DNA of 61,524 nucleotides, the filler included, from Nitrospiraceae bacterium (lineage in GTDB: Bacteria > Nitrospirota > Nitrospiria > Nitrospirales > UBA2166), in NCBI GenBank assembly GCA_002726235.1. It is 3 parts of 3 records of this genome, joined end to end, with 100 filler letters (N's around TTAATTAATTAA, not from the genome) between each part and the next. Parts side by side here need not be neighbours in the genome. Positions count along the whole stretch, not along the records: positions 1 to 26,093 come from PBSN01000018.1; 2 more parts are not named here. One strand, 5' to 3'. A program made the position numbers and the translations under genes. The notes below the pieces were generated by a model. The model ran no database searches. It was not told the origin of the DNA and saw only the letters and a program-made list of their open reading frames with translations. This document shows positions 1-8,432 of the stretch, in pieces (the stretch's first letter is position 1; the number at the start of each line of letters is the position of its first letter).

Positions 1-82
1 AACTTCAATACTGCGGCTACACATGTAGATGTCTTGTGCTGACGGTTTTCGGACGCGGGTTCGATTCCCGCCGCCTCCACCA
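1..82 (+). ncRNA. ssrA: tmRNA, 3' end only (truncated by window start)
   Basis: Ends GGACGCGGGTTCGATTCCCGCCGCCTCCACCA: T-arm plus Ala-type acceptor 3' strand and CCA (80-82), preceded by ACATGTAGA rather than an anticodon arm, as is typical of tmRNA 3' ends. Confidence 0.85.
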
Positions 83-248
83 ATAGCCCTCAAGATGAGG
101 CATGAAATGCTTCTAAAATTGATGTCACACCATACAATAACATAGTATTATCATATAGTTACGCTGATTCCACCTTTACTGTTCCCCTCTTGACATCCGC
201 GTCAAATGGGGGCACCTAGATAATACAGAGGATCAGTTTCCCTCATTT

Positions 249-350
249 GCCGCGGTTCGTGATCCCATCGGCCATGCCTACAATCGCACGACCCACCTTC
301 CCGAGCGGCGAAAGATGATGCAGAACTGGGCGAATTATCTCGACAATATT
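249..350 (+). pseudogene. C-terminal remnant of a P4-like tyrosine integrase
   Basis: Manual translation AAVRDPIGHAYNRTTHLPERRKMMQNWANYLDNI matches the AYNR...ERRxMMQxWADYLD C-terminus of P4-family integrases; no upstream integrase body; lies just downstream of tmRNA. Confidence 0.8.
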
Positions 351-351
351 G

Positions 352-1197
352 TCAGGGCTTCCGTAGAACAGCTTGCAATACAACAATACGGTTCTCCCGA
401 AGGTTTTTCATTTGATTCATAAATTTTTTCTGGGCGGTCTCCCCCATGAGCAGGTGCACTCCAAGAGCAGAGGTCGTACCCTGACCTATGCGATCAATCA
501 CGGAGTCAAACCATGCAATGGCGTCAGGGGTAACATCTCGCCAATGAAGAATCTCAAAGCCCGTCCCTTCAAGAAGATTGCGGATGGTTTCAGGCGATGC
601 AAGAAAACTTAACGAGGATTGTTCGGCCCATGGCACTGGATAGTGAGGAGCTCCCTCTGCCCCCTGGAAAAGGTCGTGAAATACGAATGTACCACTTGAT
701 TTTAAAACACGCGAAATTTCCCTATAAAAATGGACTTTATCATGCACATTCATTTGAGCATGCTCTGTCCATACAACATCAAATGAAGTATCGCCAAATG
801 GAAGAGCTAGAGCACTGCCACAGTGCAAAGTCACGGCATTCTCCAAGCCAACTCGTTTTGTGAGGGCAGTAGCGACATCAATGTATTCGCGAGTAAGATC
901 AATACCGGTAGCCTGGCACCCATATTCAGATGCAAGATACCGCACTGATCCGCCGATGCCGCACCCAACATCGAGCACATGGAGGCCGGGTTTAATCTGC
1001 GCAAGGCTCGCCAACTCTATCGTCGCCTGCCGCCCACGAGTATGAAACGCATCCACTGCGGCAAGATCGGAAGGCGTGATATTGGCACAATCCTTCCCTT
1101 CCTCAGCAAGAGCGTTAAGGATTATCTCCAAAAGACCAGAAACACTATAATGACGTTCGACTCGCGTATCGATCACAATACCCTTTCCCTTGATCAA
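352..1197 (-). CDS. Class I SAM-dependent methyltransferase (sarcosine/dimethylglycine N-methyltransferase-like)
   Basis: VLDVGCGIGG SAM motif, GIDLT, LPFGDTSFDVVW, SRVLKSSG. Confidence 0.85.
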   Translation of the reverse strand: MIKGKGIVIDTRVERHYSVSGLLEIILNALAEEGKDCANITPSDLAAVDAFHTRGRQATIELASLAQIKPGLHVLDVGCGIGGSVRYLASEYGCQATGIDLTREYIDVATALTKRVGLENAVTLHCGSALALPFGDTSFDVVWTEHAQMNVHDKVHFYREISRVLKSSGTFVFHDLFQGAEGAPHYPVPWAEQSSLSFLASPETIRNLLEGTGFEILHWRDVTPDAIAWFDSVIDRIGQGTTSALGVHLLMGETAQKKFMNQMKNLRENRIVVLQAVLRKP

Positions 1198-1207
1198 TGG
1201 GGTTCAT

Positions 1208-1930
1208 CTAACACGATCGCATGACGACATCGTTTCGATTCCCCTGTACTCGCTCAATCCTCCGTGCCCTTTCACATTCCCAGGCATCGACGGGATCACT
1301 GCGTGCCCATGCCTCAAAGAGTGTCCGTTGCTCGCGTGAGATTATTCCCCTTTTGGGATATGTACTGTCCATATACAGATATGTCCGTGCAATCTCGCCT
1401 CGCACCGTTTCTCGCGGTTCCACCTTCCGATTCGCTATCTCCACATCACACGCCCCAAACTCTCGTGCCTCACCTTCGATGAGTCCCATGGCATAGTTGC
1501 TTCTCCGTCCGTTCACCTCCCCAATGGCAGGGTAGAGATTGTACATATCCGCTGCCATGCGCTTGAACTCACGATTGACCCTTGCGGCGCACTTCCGTCC
1601 TTTGAACCTTTTTCCCTTTTTGGTGACACAGCGTGGATGCCCTTGCCTCCACTCAGAGAATGTTTTCCCAAAGGCGTGAGCAGGGACAACATGTTCCCAT
1701 TCAATGCGGTTGGCGCGTTTCGTATCCTTTTTTGGACTGTACCCACAAGACGCCAAGTTTGGTTTCTTCCCCATGAAAGTACACCCACAGTAAAGCGTCA
1801 CGGAGTGATCCTCGTAAACCTGCTGAAGGATCTTCTTAGATTTAGCAAATGAAGTGATGTGTGTGTGTTGGGAAAAGGCTGGGGGCGACAGGAGAATCGT
1901 CATCAGAGCAAGAAAGAGAAACCGTGCCAT
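1208..1930 (-). CDS. endA: Secreted endonuclease I (EndA/Dns/Vvn family)
   Basis: RIEWEHVVPA, DMYNLYPAIGEVNGRRSNY and RGEIARTYLYM motifs; signal peptide MARFLFLALMTILLSPPAFS; GGAGG RBS before ATG 1930 (the longer ORF start overlaps the tRNA-like element). Confidence 0.9.
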   Translation of the reverse strand: MARFLFLALMTILLSPPAFSQHTHITSFAKSKKILQQVYEDHSVTLYCGCTFMGKKPNLASCGYSPKKDTKRANRIEWEHVVPAHAFGKTFSEWRQGHPRCVTKKGKRFKGRKCAARVNREFKRMAADMYNLYPAIGEVNGRRSNYAMGLIEGEAREFGACDVEIANRKVEPRETVRGEIARTYLYMDSTYPKRGIISREQRTLFEAWARSDPVDAWECERARRIERVQGNRNDVVMRSC

Positions 1931-1999
1931 CACACCTCCAAGAGGCACATTAAAAGCAAATTTAATGTTTTCCGCAAGTCTGATGCCGGTGTAGTGAAG

Positions 2000-2081
2000 T
2001 GGCCGGGGCGAGAGGATTTGAACCTCCGACATCCAGCTCACAGGGGGAGAGCCGGTGCGCGACCGTACTACGCACGCCCCG
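2000..2081 (-). tRNA. Atypical tRNA-like RNA / pseudo-tRNA (tRNA-Pro-like body, non-canonical anticodon arm)
   Basis: CGGGGCG T GCGT AGTACGGTC GCGC A CCGGCTC TCCCCCTGT GAGCTGG ATGTC GGAGG TTCAAAT CCTCT CGCCCCG G CCA: all four stems pair, with a TTC T-loop and a CCA end. Confidence 0.65.
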
Positions 2082-2126
2082 CCATTGCTACTTCCAAGCC
2101 TCCGATTAAGTCCATATCGTCAGCAG

Positions 2127-2142
2127 AGCACCCAGCATGCCA
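2127..2142 (-). promoter_or_regulatory. Putative sigma54 -24/-12 promoter upstream of the tRNA-like RNA and endA
   Basis: Minus strand TGGCATG-CTGG-GTGCT versus consensus TGGCACG-N4-TTGCW, with correct GG/GC spacing; AT-rich tract about 25-40 nt further upstream. Confidence 0.4.
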
Positions 2143-2531
2143 GACCCTTATGGCGGGAGGGTGAGGTAAATGTGATTTTTTTATGTTCCCGTGCCTAGCA
2201 GAGATGGGATGGAAAAACGACGCGTGATATTTTAAATAAGGGGAACAGGTACCGAGACATATTATCGAGCGCACCTATGGCAAGCCTCTCCACACCACCG
2301 AGTACCCACCACCCTCTTACAGATGTCGCTACCGCTGTCTTGCTTCAGATGCGGGAGATGTGTGGGCAGCGTCTGCGCCAGGCACAGGAAGAGGACACAC
2401 ATATTGATCATGCCCCTCATTCTCTAGAGTTCTCTACCTCTCCCTCTCTCCTAGGGATGAGGTAGATATAACAACTGTGGTATCGTGTACGCCTCCTTCG
2501 AGACGAGACGTAAAAGGAAGAGACAGAGCCA

Positions 2532-3779
2532 ATGCAAGAAGTTGAATTGTTACGATATGTATTGCTCGGATTCGTTGCCTTCGTGTTCGGCGTTTGCGTA
2601 GGGATGGCTCTTTTGTGGCGGAGCCGTGGGAAACTTCGTGATGAAACCACCCAGTTACGGAACGACGCGGAACTGGCGAAAATTCAGCTCGCGCACTCTG
2701 AAGCCTCTCTCCAAGCCGAGACAGAAAAGACCAATTGGACTGAGGACGCTAAGTCTCAATTTAAAGAAGCATTCAAGACCTTGGCGACCGAGGAACTCGA
2801 AGCCCGATCAACTCAGTTAAAGGAAACTGCAAAAGATCAACTTGGTGTGATTGTTGATCCTTTGAAACAGGAACTCACAAAACTGGACAAGTATGTTAGG
2901 GAACTTGAGGGGAAGCGGGAAGGCGCATATTCAAGACTTGGCACCCAGTTAGAACTCCTCCAAGGACTTCAGCAGTCATTAAGGGATCAGACAACCTCAT
3001 TAGCCGAAGCACTCAAGGCCCCGACGGTTCGAGGACGATGGGGCGAAGTCCAACTCCGTCGCCTGATCGAATTAGCGGGCCTCCAAGACCACGTAGATTT
3101 CGACGAACAGGTTTCGGGTGAAGCAGGACGACCCGACATGATCGTTCATCTTCCCCAAGGAGGCACCCTCCCCATTGACGCCAAGGTGCCCCTTGATGCG
3201 TTTCTCAGAGCCATGGAAACTGAAGACATCCAAATGCGAAAACAGAACCTCGTGCATCATGCCCGTGCGTTAAAGAGTCGAGTCCAAGATCTTGCTCAGA
3301 AGGCCTACTGGGAACAGTTCGAGATAACTCCAGAGATTGTTATCATGTTCGTACCGGTTGAGTCCTCTCTCGGAGCTGCCTTTCAGAGTGACCCTGACTT
3401 ATTCGAATATGCGATCTCCAAAAAAGTCCTCATCAGTTCCCCAATTGTATTGTTTGCACTGTTAAAGGCCGTCGCCTATGGGTGGCAACAGCACCGGATC
3501 GCTGAAAACGCCGCGAAAATCGCCGAGGAGGGCAGAACGCTCCACGACCGGGTCGTCACCTTTGTTGGGCACTTAGCGGGAATGGGAAAATCTCTCGAGA
3601 GTTCGGTCAAAAAATACAATGACGCTATCACATCCTTTGAAAGACGCCTCTTACCTTCGTCAAAAAAATTTCTTGAAATGGGAGTGACGACGAAAACAAT
3701 CGAGCCTCCTGAACATGTCGAGTCACATCCTCAAACTCCTTCCTCTACGGAAGAGCATCAGAACATTTCACACTCGTAA
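2532..3779 (+). CDS. rmuC: DNA recombination protein RmuC
   Basis: N-terminal TM helix, coiled coil, RGRWGEVQLRRLIELAG, RPDMIVHLP, IDAKVP, FVPVES. Confidence 0.92.
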   Translation: MQEVELLRYVLLGFVAFVFGVCVGMALLWRSRGKLRDETTQLRNDAELAKIQLAHSEASLQAETEKTNWTEDAKSQFKEAFKTLATEELEARSTQLKETAKDQLGVIVDPLKQELTKLDKYVRELEGKREGAYSRLGTQLELLQGLQQSLRDQTTSLAEALKAPTVRGRWGEVQLRRLIELAGLQDHVDFDEQVSGEAGRPDMIVHLPQGGTLPIDAKVPLDAFLRAMETEDIQMRKQNLVHHARALKSRVQDLAQKAYWEQFEITPEIVIMFVPVESSLGAAFQSDPDLFEYAISKKVLISSPIVLFALLKAVAYGWQQHRIAENAAKIAEEGRTLHDRVVTFVGHLAGMGKSLESSVKKYNDAITSFERRLLPSSKKFLEMGVTTKTIEPPEHVESHPQTPSSTEEHQNISHS

Positions 3780-4025
3780 AGTAGCGTTTGACCCTCGGGT
3801 TCGCGAGCCAGACGTGTCAGAAATCAACAGGACATCCGAAATGCACGCAGCAGAATCTCGTTGTTACCTGTGCATCGAAAGCGCCCACGGCCTTGAAGAT
3901 AATGTTGAAATTACTACGTTTCACCAGCGATGTGATCGATCGCGCCTATGGCAAGCTGCACCGCAATACAAGAGTGCTCCCCACTCTGTCGCATTCAGGA
4001 ATGTTTCTCATCATATGCAGATGTC

Positions 4026-7000
4026 CTAATGTTGATATTCTGCCCAACTTTTTATCTGCAGGTCACTACGCTGCTTTCGAGAAATCGCCTCCACCCATCG
4101 TTGTGCGAGTTGTATGTTAGTGATCAACGGAACCGCCATATCAACGGCTTTTCGCCGAATCAAATAATCGTTGGTAAGCTCTTGTTCTTGATAATTCTTG
4201 GGAATATTGATCACCAAATCGATTTTCCCCTGGCTCAGATAGTCAATGGCATTCGGTGTCATTTTTTCCAAGGGCCAGTGCAATATGGTGGAGGAGACTC
4301 CATTTGCGCTCAAAAACTCTGCCGTTCCCTGAGTTGCATACAATTCAATATCCATTGTGCAAAGGGCAGCTGCACAATCCAAAAAGGCCGCTTTTGATTC
4401 GACGGGCCCGGTAGAAAGAAGAATGGTATTCACCGGAAGACGATATCCTACGGACAACATGGCTTTCAAAAACGCCTCTTCAAAATCATCGCCGATACAG
4501 CCAACTTCGCCAGTCGACGCCATCTCAACCCCCAACACCGGGTCCGCCCCGTCCAAACGGGTAAATGAAAACTGCGGCGCTTTTACCCCAACACAATCCA
4601 GCTCCCCAATTGCCCCATTGAACAACGTGCCGTCGTCTCCCATAATAATGCGCGTCGCACAATCAATGAAGTTGACCTTTGAAATTTTGGAGACAAAGGG
4701 AAAGCTTCGTGACGCACGTACATTGCACTCGATGACCTTGACCTCATTGTCTTTTGCAATGAACTGAATATTAAACGGCCCCGTGATGTTCAATCGCTCA
4801 GCGATTTGAGCACCGACTCGCTTAATCCTCCGCATCGTTTCAAGGTAGGTTCGCTGAGCGGGAAACACCAGGGTCGAATCCCCGGAATGCACACCTGCGT
4901 TTTCAATATGCTCAGAAATAGCATAGAGCACAAGCTTCCCATCCTTTGCGACGGCATCCATTTCGAGTTCCTTGGCATTATCCAAAAACTGACTGATCAC
5001 CACAGGAAACTCGGACGATCCTTTGGCAGCTCGCTCGACAAAACGCGACAACTCCGCTTGGTTTGACGCTACACCCATCGCAGCACCACTCAACACATAT
5101 GACGGACGGATTAGAACGGGATACCCCACGGTTTCCGCGAACGCCAGTGCCTCATTTAACCCGACGAGTTCACGCCAGGCTGGTTGCTTGACCCCGAGAT
5201 CGTCCAAGAGTTTTGAAAACTTGTGCCTATCCTCAGCTTGATCAATAGAGGACGGAGGCGTGCCGAGAATGCGTACGCCTGCCCGATGAAGAGGGAGAGC
5301 GAGATTGTTCGGTACTTGCCCTCCCATGGAAAGGATGAGGCCGATGGGTTGTTCCTTGTTGACGATATCCAGCACCGTTTCCAAACTGAGTTCCTCAAAG
5401 TAGAGGGCATCACACTCGTTGTAGTCTGTGCTGACAGTCTCCGGATTGTGGTTGATCATGATGGTGCGGTGATTCGTATCGCGCAAAGTTCTCACGGTAT
5501 TCACGCAACACCAATCAAATTCGACCGAACTTCCGATCCGATAGGCTCCGGAACCCAATACGATGACAGATTGGCCATGGCCAAACTCAATATCATCGCC
5601 CTGCCCATTATAGGTGAGATACAAATAGTTGGATCGAGCAGGGTACTCAGCCGCAAGCGTATCAATTTGCTTGACGTACGGAATAATTCCTAACGCCTCG
5701 CGTCGCTGCCTCACCTGGGTTTCTTCGGCGTCAATCAAGCGGGCAATCTGAAGGTCACTAAACCCTGCCCTCTTTGCCTCCTGAAGCAAATCATGATCAT
5801 CAAGCGGCCGCTCTGAGACTGTGAACTGTCGAGCAAGTTCCACAACATGCTGAATCTTAAAGAGAAACCACCGATTGACCTTCGACAACTCGTAAATTCG
5901 TTCAATGGTCATCCCGGCTTGCATGGCCTCGGCGATTGCAAAAATTCGGTCAGGTGTCGGTTCGCTCAATTCCTGATCAATGTCATGAACATCTAGCTCT
6001 CTGCCCGGATCCACAAGTCCCTGGACACCACTATCCAACATCCGAATGGCCTTTTGGAGCGCTTCCTCAAATGTCCGCCCGATGGCCATGACTTCTCCAA
6101 CAGACTTCATTCCTGACCCAAGTTTATTGGACACTAAGTTGAACTTTTTGAGATCCCATCGAGGCATCTTGACCACGATGTAATCAAGCGCAGGTTCGAA
6201 ACATGCCTGTGTAATACCGGTCATACTATTGGGAAGATCAGGAAGCCCCCACCCAAGACCAAGTTTCGCCGCAATATAGGCCAAGGGATAGCCTGTTGCT
6301 TTGGATGCTAATGCCGAGCTTCGGGAAAGTCGCGCATTGACTTCAATGACCCGATACTCGTCTGAGTAGGGATCAAACGCAAACTGAATGTTGCACTCGC
6401 CGACAATGCCAAGATGACGCACAACCCTGATCGAGATTTGCCGAAGGCAATGATAATCTTGATTGCTCAGCGTCTGGCTCGGAGCAACAACAATGCTCTC
6501 GCCGGTGTGAATCCCCATGGGATCGAGATTTTCCATGTTACACACGGTGACACAATTGTCATGACGATCTCGTACAACTTCATATTCGACCTCTTTCCAG
6601 CCGGCGAGAGATTCCTCAATCAAGATCTGATTGGCATACCGGAAGGCTTTGGTTGCACGCTCACGAAGATCTTTATCCGTCAAACAAATCCCCGAACCAA
6701 GGCCACCCAAGGCATAGGCAATACGAAGCATGACGGGGTAGCCAATGGTTTGAGCCACTCGAATCGCGTCATCAACCGACGTGACAGCTTCGCTTTGGGG
6801 AACCTTGACATTAATCTCGAGGAGTTTGTTGACAAATAGATTGCGATCCTCGGTTTCTCGAATGACCTGAACCGAGGTACCCAGAACCGTCACATTGAAT
6901 TCATTCAATGTCCCCTTTTCATCGAGTGCCAAGCCGCAATTTAGTGCAGTCTGCCCTCCAAACCCAAGCAGAATTCCATCGGGTCGTTCCTTTTCGATAA

Positions 7001-7223
7001 CATCCCGAACAAAATCTGCAGTGACCGGAAGGAAATACACCTGATCGGCCAGATGCTCCGACGTTTGGATGGTCGCGATGTTTGGATTCACGAGGATGGT
7101 CGTAATCCCCTCGTCCTTTAACGCCTTGATCGCCTGACTTCCTGAGTAGTCGAATTCCCCTGCCTCTCCAATCTTCAAGGCGGAGCTTCCCAGAATGAGA
7201 ACCTTATTCGGTTTGGTCAACAT
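4026..7223 (-). CDS. carB: Carbamoyl-phosphate synthase large subunit
   Basis: KIGEAGEFDYSGSQAIKAL, GIHTGESIVVAP, IEVNARLSRSSALASKATGYP, two ATP-grasp halves and an MGS domain. Confidence 0.97.
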   Translation of the reverse strand: MLTKPNKVLILGSSALKIGEAGEFDYSGSQAIKALKDEGITTILVNPNIATIQTSEHLADQVYFLPVTADFVRDVIEKERPDGILLGFGGQTALNCGLALDEKGTLNEFNVTVLGTSVQVIRETEDRNLFVNKLLEINVKVPQSEAVTSVDDAIRVAQTIGYPVMLRIAYALGGLGSGICLTDKDLRERATKAFRYANQILIEESLAGWKEVEYEVVRDRHDNCVTVCNMENLDPMGIHTGESIVVAPSQTLSNQDYHCLRQISIRVVRHLGIVGECNIQFAFDPYSDEYRVIEVNARLSRSSALASKATGYPLAYIAAKLGLGWGLPDLPNSMTGITQACFEPALDYIVVKMPRWDLKKFNLVSNKLGSGMKSVGEVMAIGRTFEEALQKAIRMLDSGVQGLVDPGRELDVHDIDQELSEPTPDRIFAIAEAMQAGMTIERIYELSKVNRWFLFKIQHVVELARQFTVSERPLDDHDLLQEAKRAGFSDLQIARLIDAEETQVRQRREALGIIPYVKQIDTLAAEYPARSNYLYLTYNGQGDDIEFGHGQSVIVLGSGAYRIGSSVEFDWCCVNTVRTLRDTNHRTIMINHNPETVSTDYNECDALYFEELSLETVLDIVNKEQPIGLILSMGGQVPNNLALPLHRAGVRILGTPPSSIDQAEDRHKFSKLLDDLGVKQPAWRELVGLNEALAFAETVGYPVLIRPSYVLSGAAMGVASNQAELSRFVERAAKGSSEFPVVISQFLDNAKELEMDAVAKDGKLVLYAISEHIENAGVHSGDSTLVFPAQRTYLETMRRIKRVGAQIAERLNITGPFNIQFIAKDNEVKVIECNVRASRSFPFVSKISKVNFIDCATRIIMGDDGTLFNGAIGELDCVGVKAPQFSFTRLDGADPVLGVEMASTGEVGCIGDDFEEAFLKAMLSVGYRLPVNTILLSTGPVESKAAFLDCAAALCTMDIELYATQGTAEFLSANGVSSTILHWPLEKMTPNAIDYLSQGKIDLVINIPKNYQEQELTNDYLIRRKAVDMAVPLITNIQLAQRWVEAISRKQRSDLQIKSWAEYQH

Positions 7224-7298
7224 CAGATACCGCGAGACGTGTCTGTGGTCAATGGCCAGCCGTTAGTGATTGGAATATGCCTCTCATTTCACGACTCG

Positions 7299-8369
7299 TT
7301 ACAGCAGACTCAAGAACTGGTCAAACAGGTGCCCAGTATCATAGGGTCCTGGCGCGGCTTCAGGGTGGAACTGGACACTCATCAACGGGCGCGTACGATG
7401 CCTAATCCCTTCGTTTGTACCATCATTGGCATTGATAAACCATGGTTTCCACTCGTCACTAAGCGTCTCATGACGTACAGCATACCCATGGTTTTGCGAA
7501 GTAATGTAACAGCGTAGCGTCCCCTCCTCACGACACGGTTGATTCTGACTTCGGTGTCCATACTTCAGCTTATAGGTATCGGCTCCTGACGCTAACGCCA
7601 AGATTTGATTGCCAAGACAAATACCAAGAATAGGTTTATCGCGCCGTATTACCTGTTTGACGATCGCAACCGTTTCCTGACATTGTTTTGGATCACCAGG
7701 TCCATTAGAAATGATCAGGCCATCAAACACTTCGTTGGCGAGATCATAATTCCACGGGACGCGCACGACCGTCGCGCCTCGTTCAACTACGCTACGCACA
7801 ATCGTTGTTTTGCATCCACAGTCGACGATCACGACTTTGCGTGATCCACCTGCATACGTAACCGGCGCATTCACACTGACGGTAGCAACGAGATTGTCTG
7901 CGTTAGGATCGTGAAACGGAATGTCTTCGCCTGAAGCTAGGATCTTTCCCAACATCGTACCTTTTTCTCTCAACTGCATGGTAAGCATTCTCGTGTCAAT
8001 TCCATACAGCCCAGGAATCCCAGATTCGCGAAGCCAATCATCCAAGGTTCTCACCGCGTTCCAATGGCTGTATTGCATCGCATGATCAGACACCACAAGA
8101 CCCTGGATCTGGATTTTCGCAGATTCAAACGGGCTATCTAAATCATGTCCATTGCCCTGCCGAGGAACGCCATAATTCCCCATGAGAGGATATGTCAGAA
8201 CCAGAATCTCTCCTGCATACGACGGATCGGTCAGCGATTCCGGATATCCAACCATTCCGGTGTTAAAGACGACTTCGCCTGCAATGGACTTCGTCTTCCC
8301 AAAAGCATAGCCTTTGTAAATTGATCCATCCTCAAGCACAAGTGAGCTATGTATTCTCTTAGGACTCAT
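7299..8369 (-). CDS. carA: Carbamoyl-phosphate synthase small (glutaminase) subunit
   Basis: GEVVFNTGMVGYPESLTDPSY, SNGPGDP, GICLGNQ (catalytic Cys), QFHPE. Confidence 0.97.
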   Translation of the reverse strand: MSPKRIHSSLVLEDGSIYKGYAFGKTKSIAGEVVFNTGMVGYPESLTDPSYAGEILVLTYPLMGNYGVPRQGNGHDLDSPFESAKIQIQGLVVSDHAMQYSHWNAVRTLDDWLRESGIPGLYGIDTRMLTMQLREKGTMLGKILASGEDIPFHDPNADNLVATVSVNAPVTYAGGSRKVVIVDCGCKTTIVRSVVERGATVVRVPWNYDLANEVFDGLIISNGPGDPKQCQETVAIVKQVIRRDKPILGICLGNQILALASGADTYKLKYGHRSQNQPCREEGTLRCYITSQNHGYAVRHETLSDEWKPWFINANDGTNEGIRHRTRPLMSVQFHPEAAPGPYDTGHLFDQFLSLL

Positions 8370-8432
8370 GGTGTCCCCACCCTACCGCACGCCCGAATAC
8401 TCCCACGCACGGACATTTTTATTCCAAACCCT

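Noticed and set aside
1931..2041. N-terminal extension of endA given by the ORF track
   Set aside because: Overlaps the tRNA-like element; the RBS and signal peptide point to ATG 1930.
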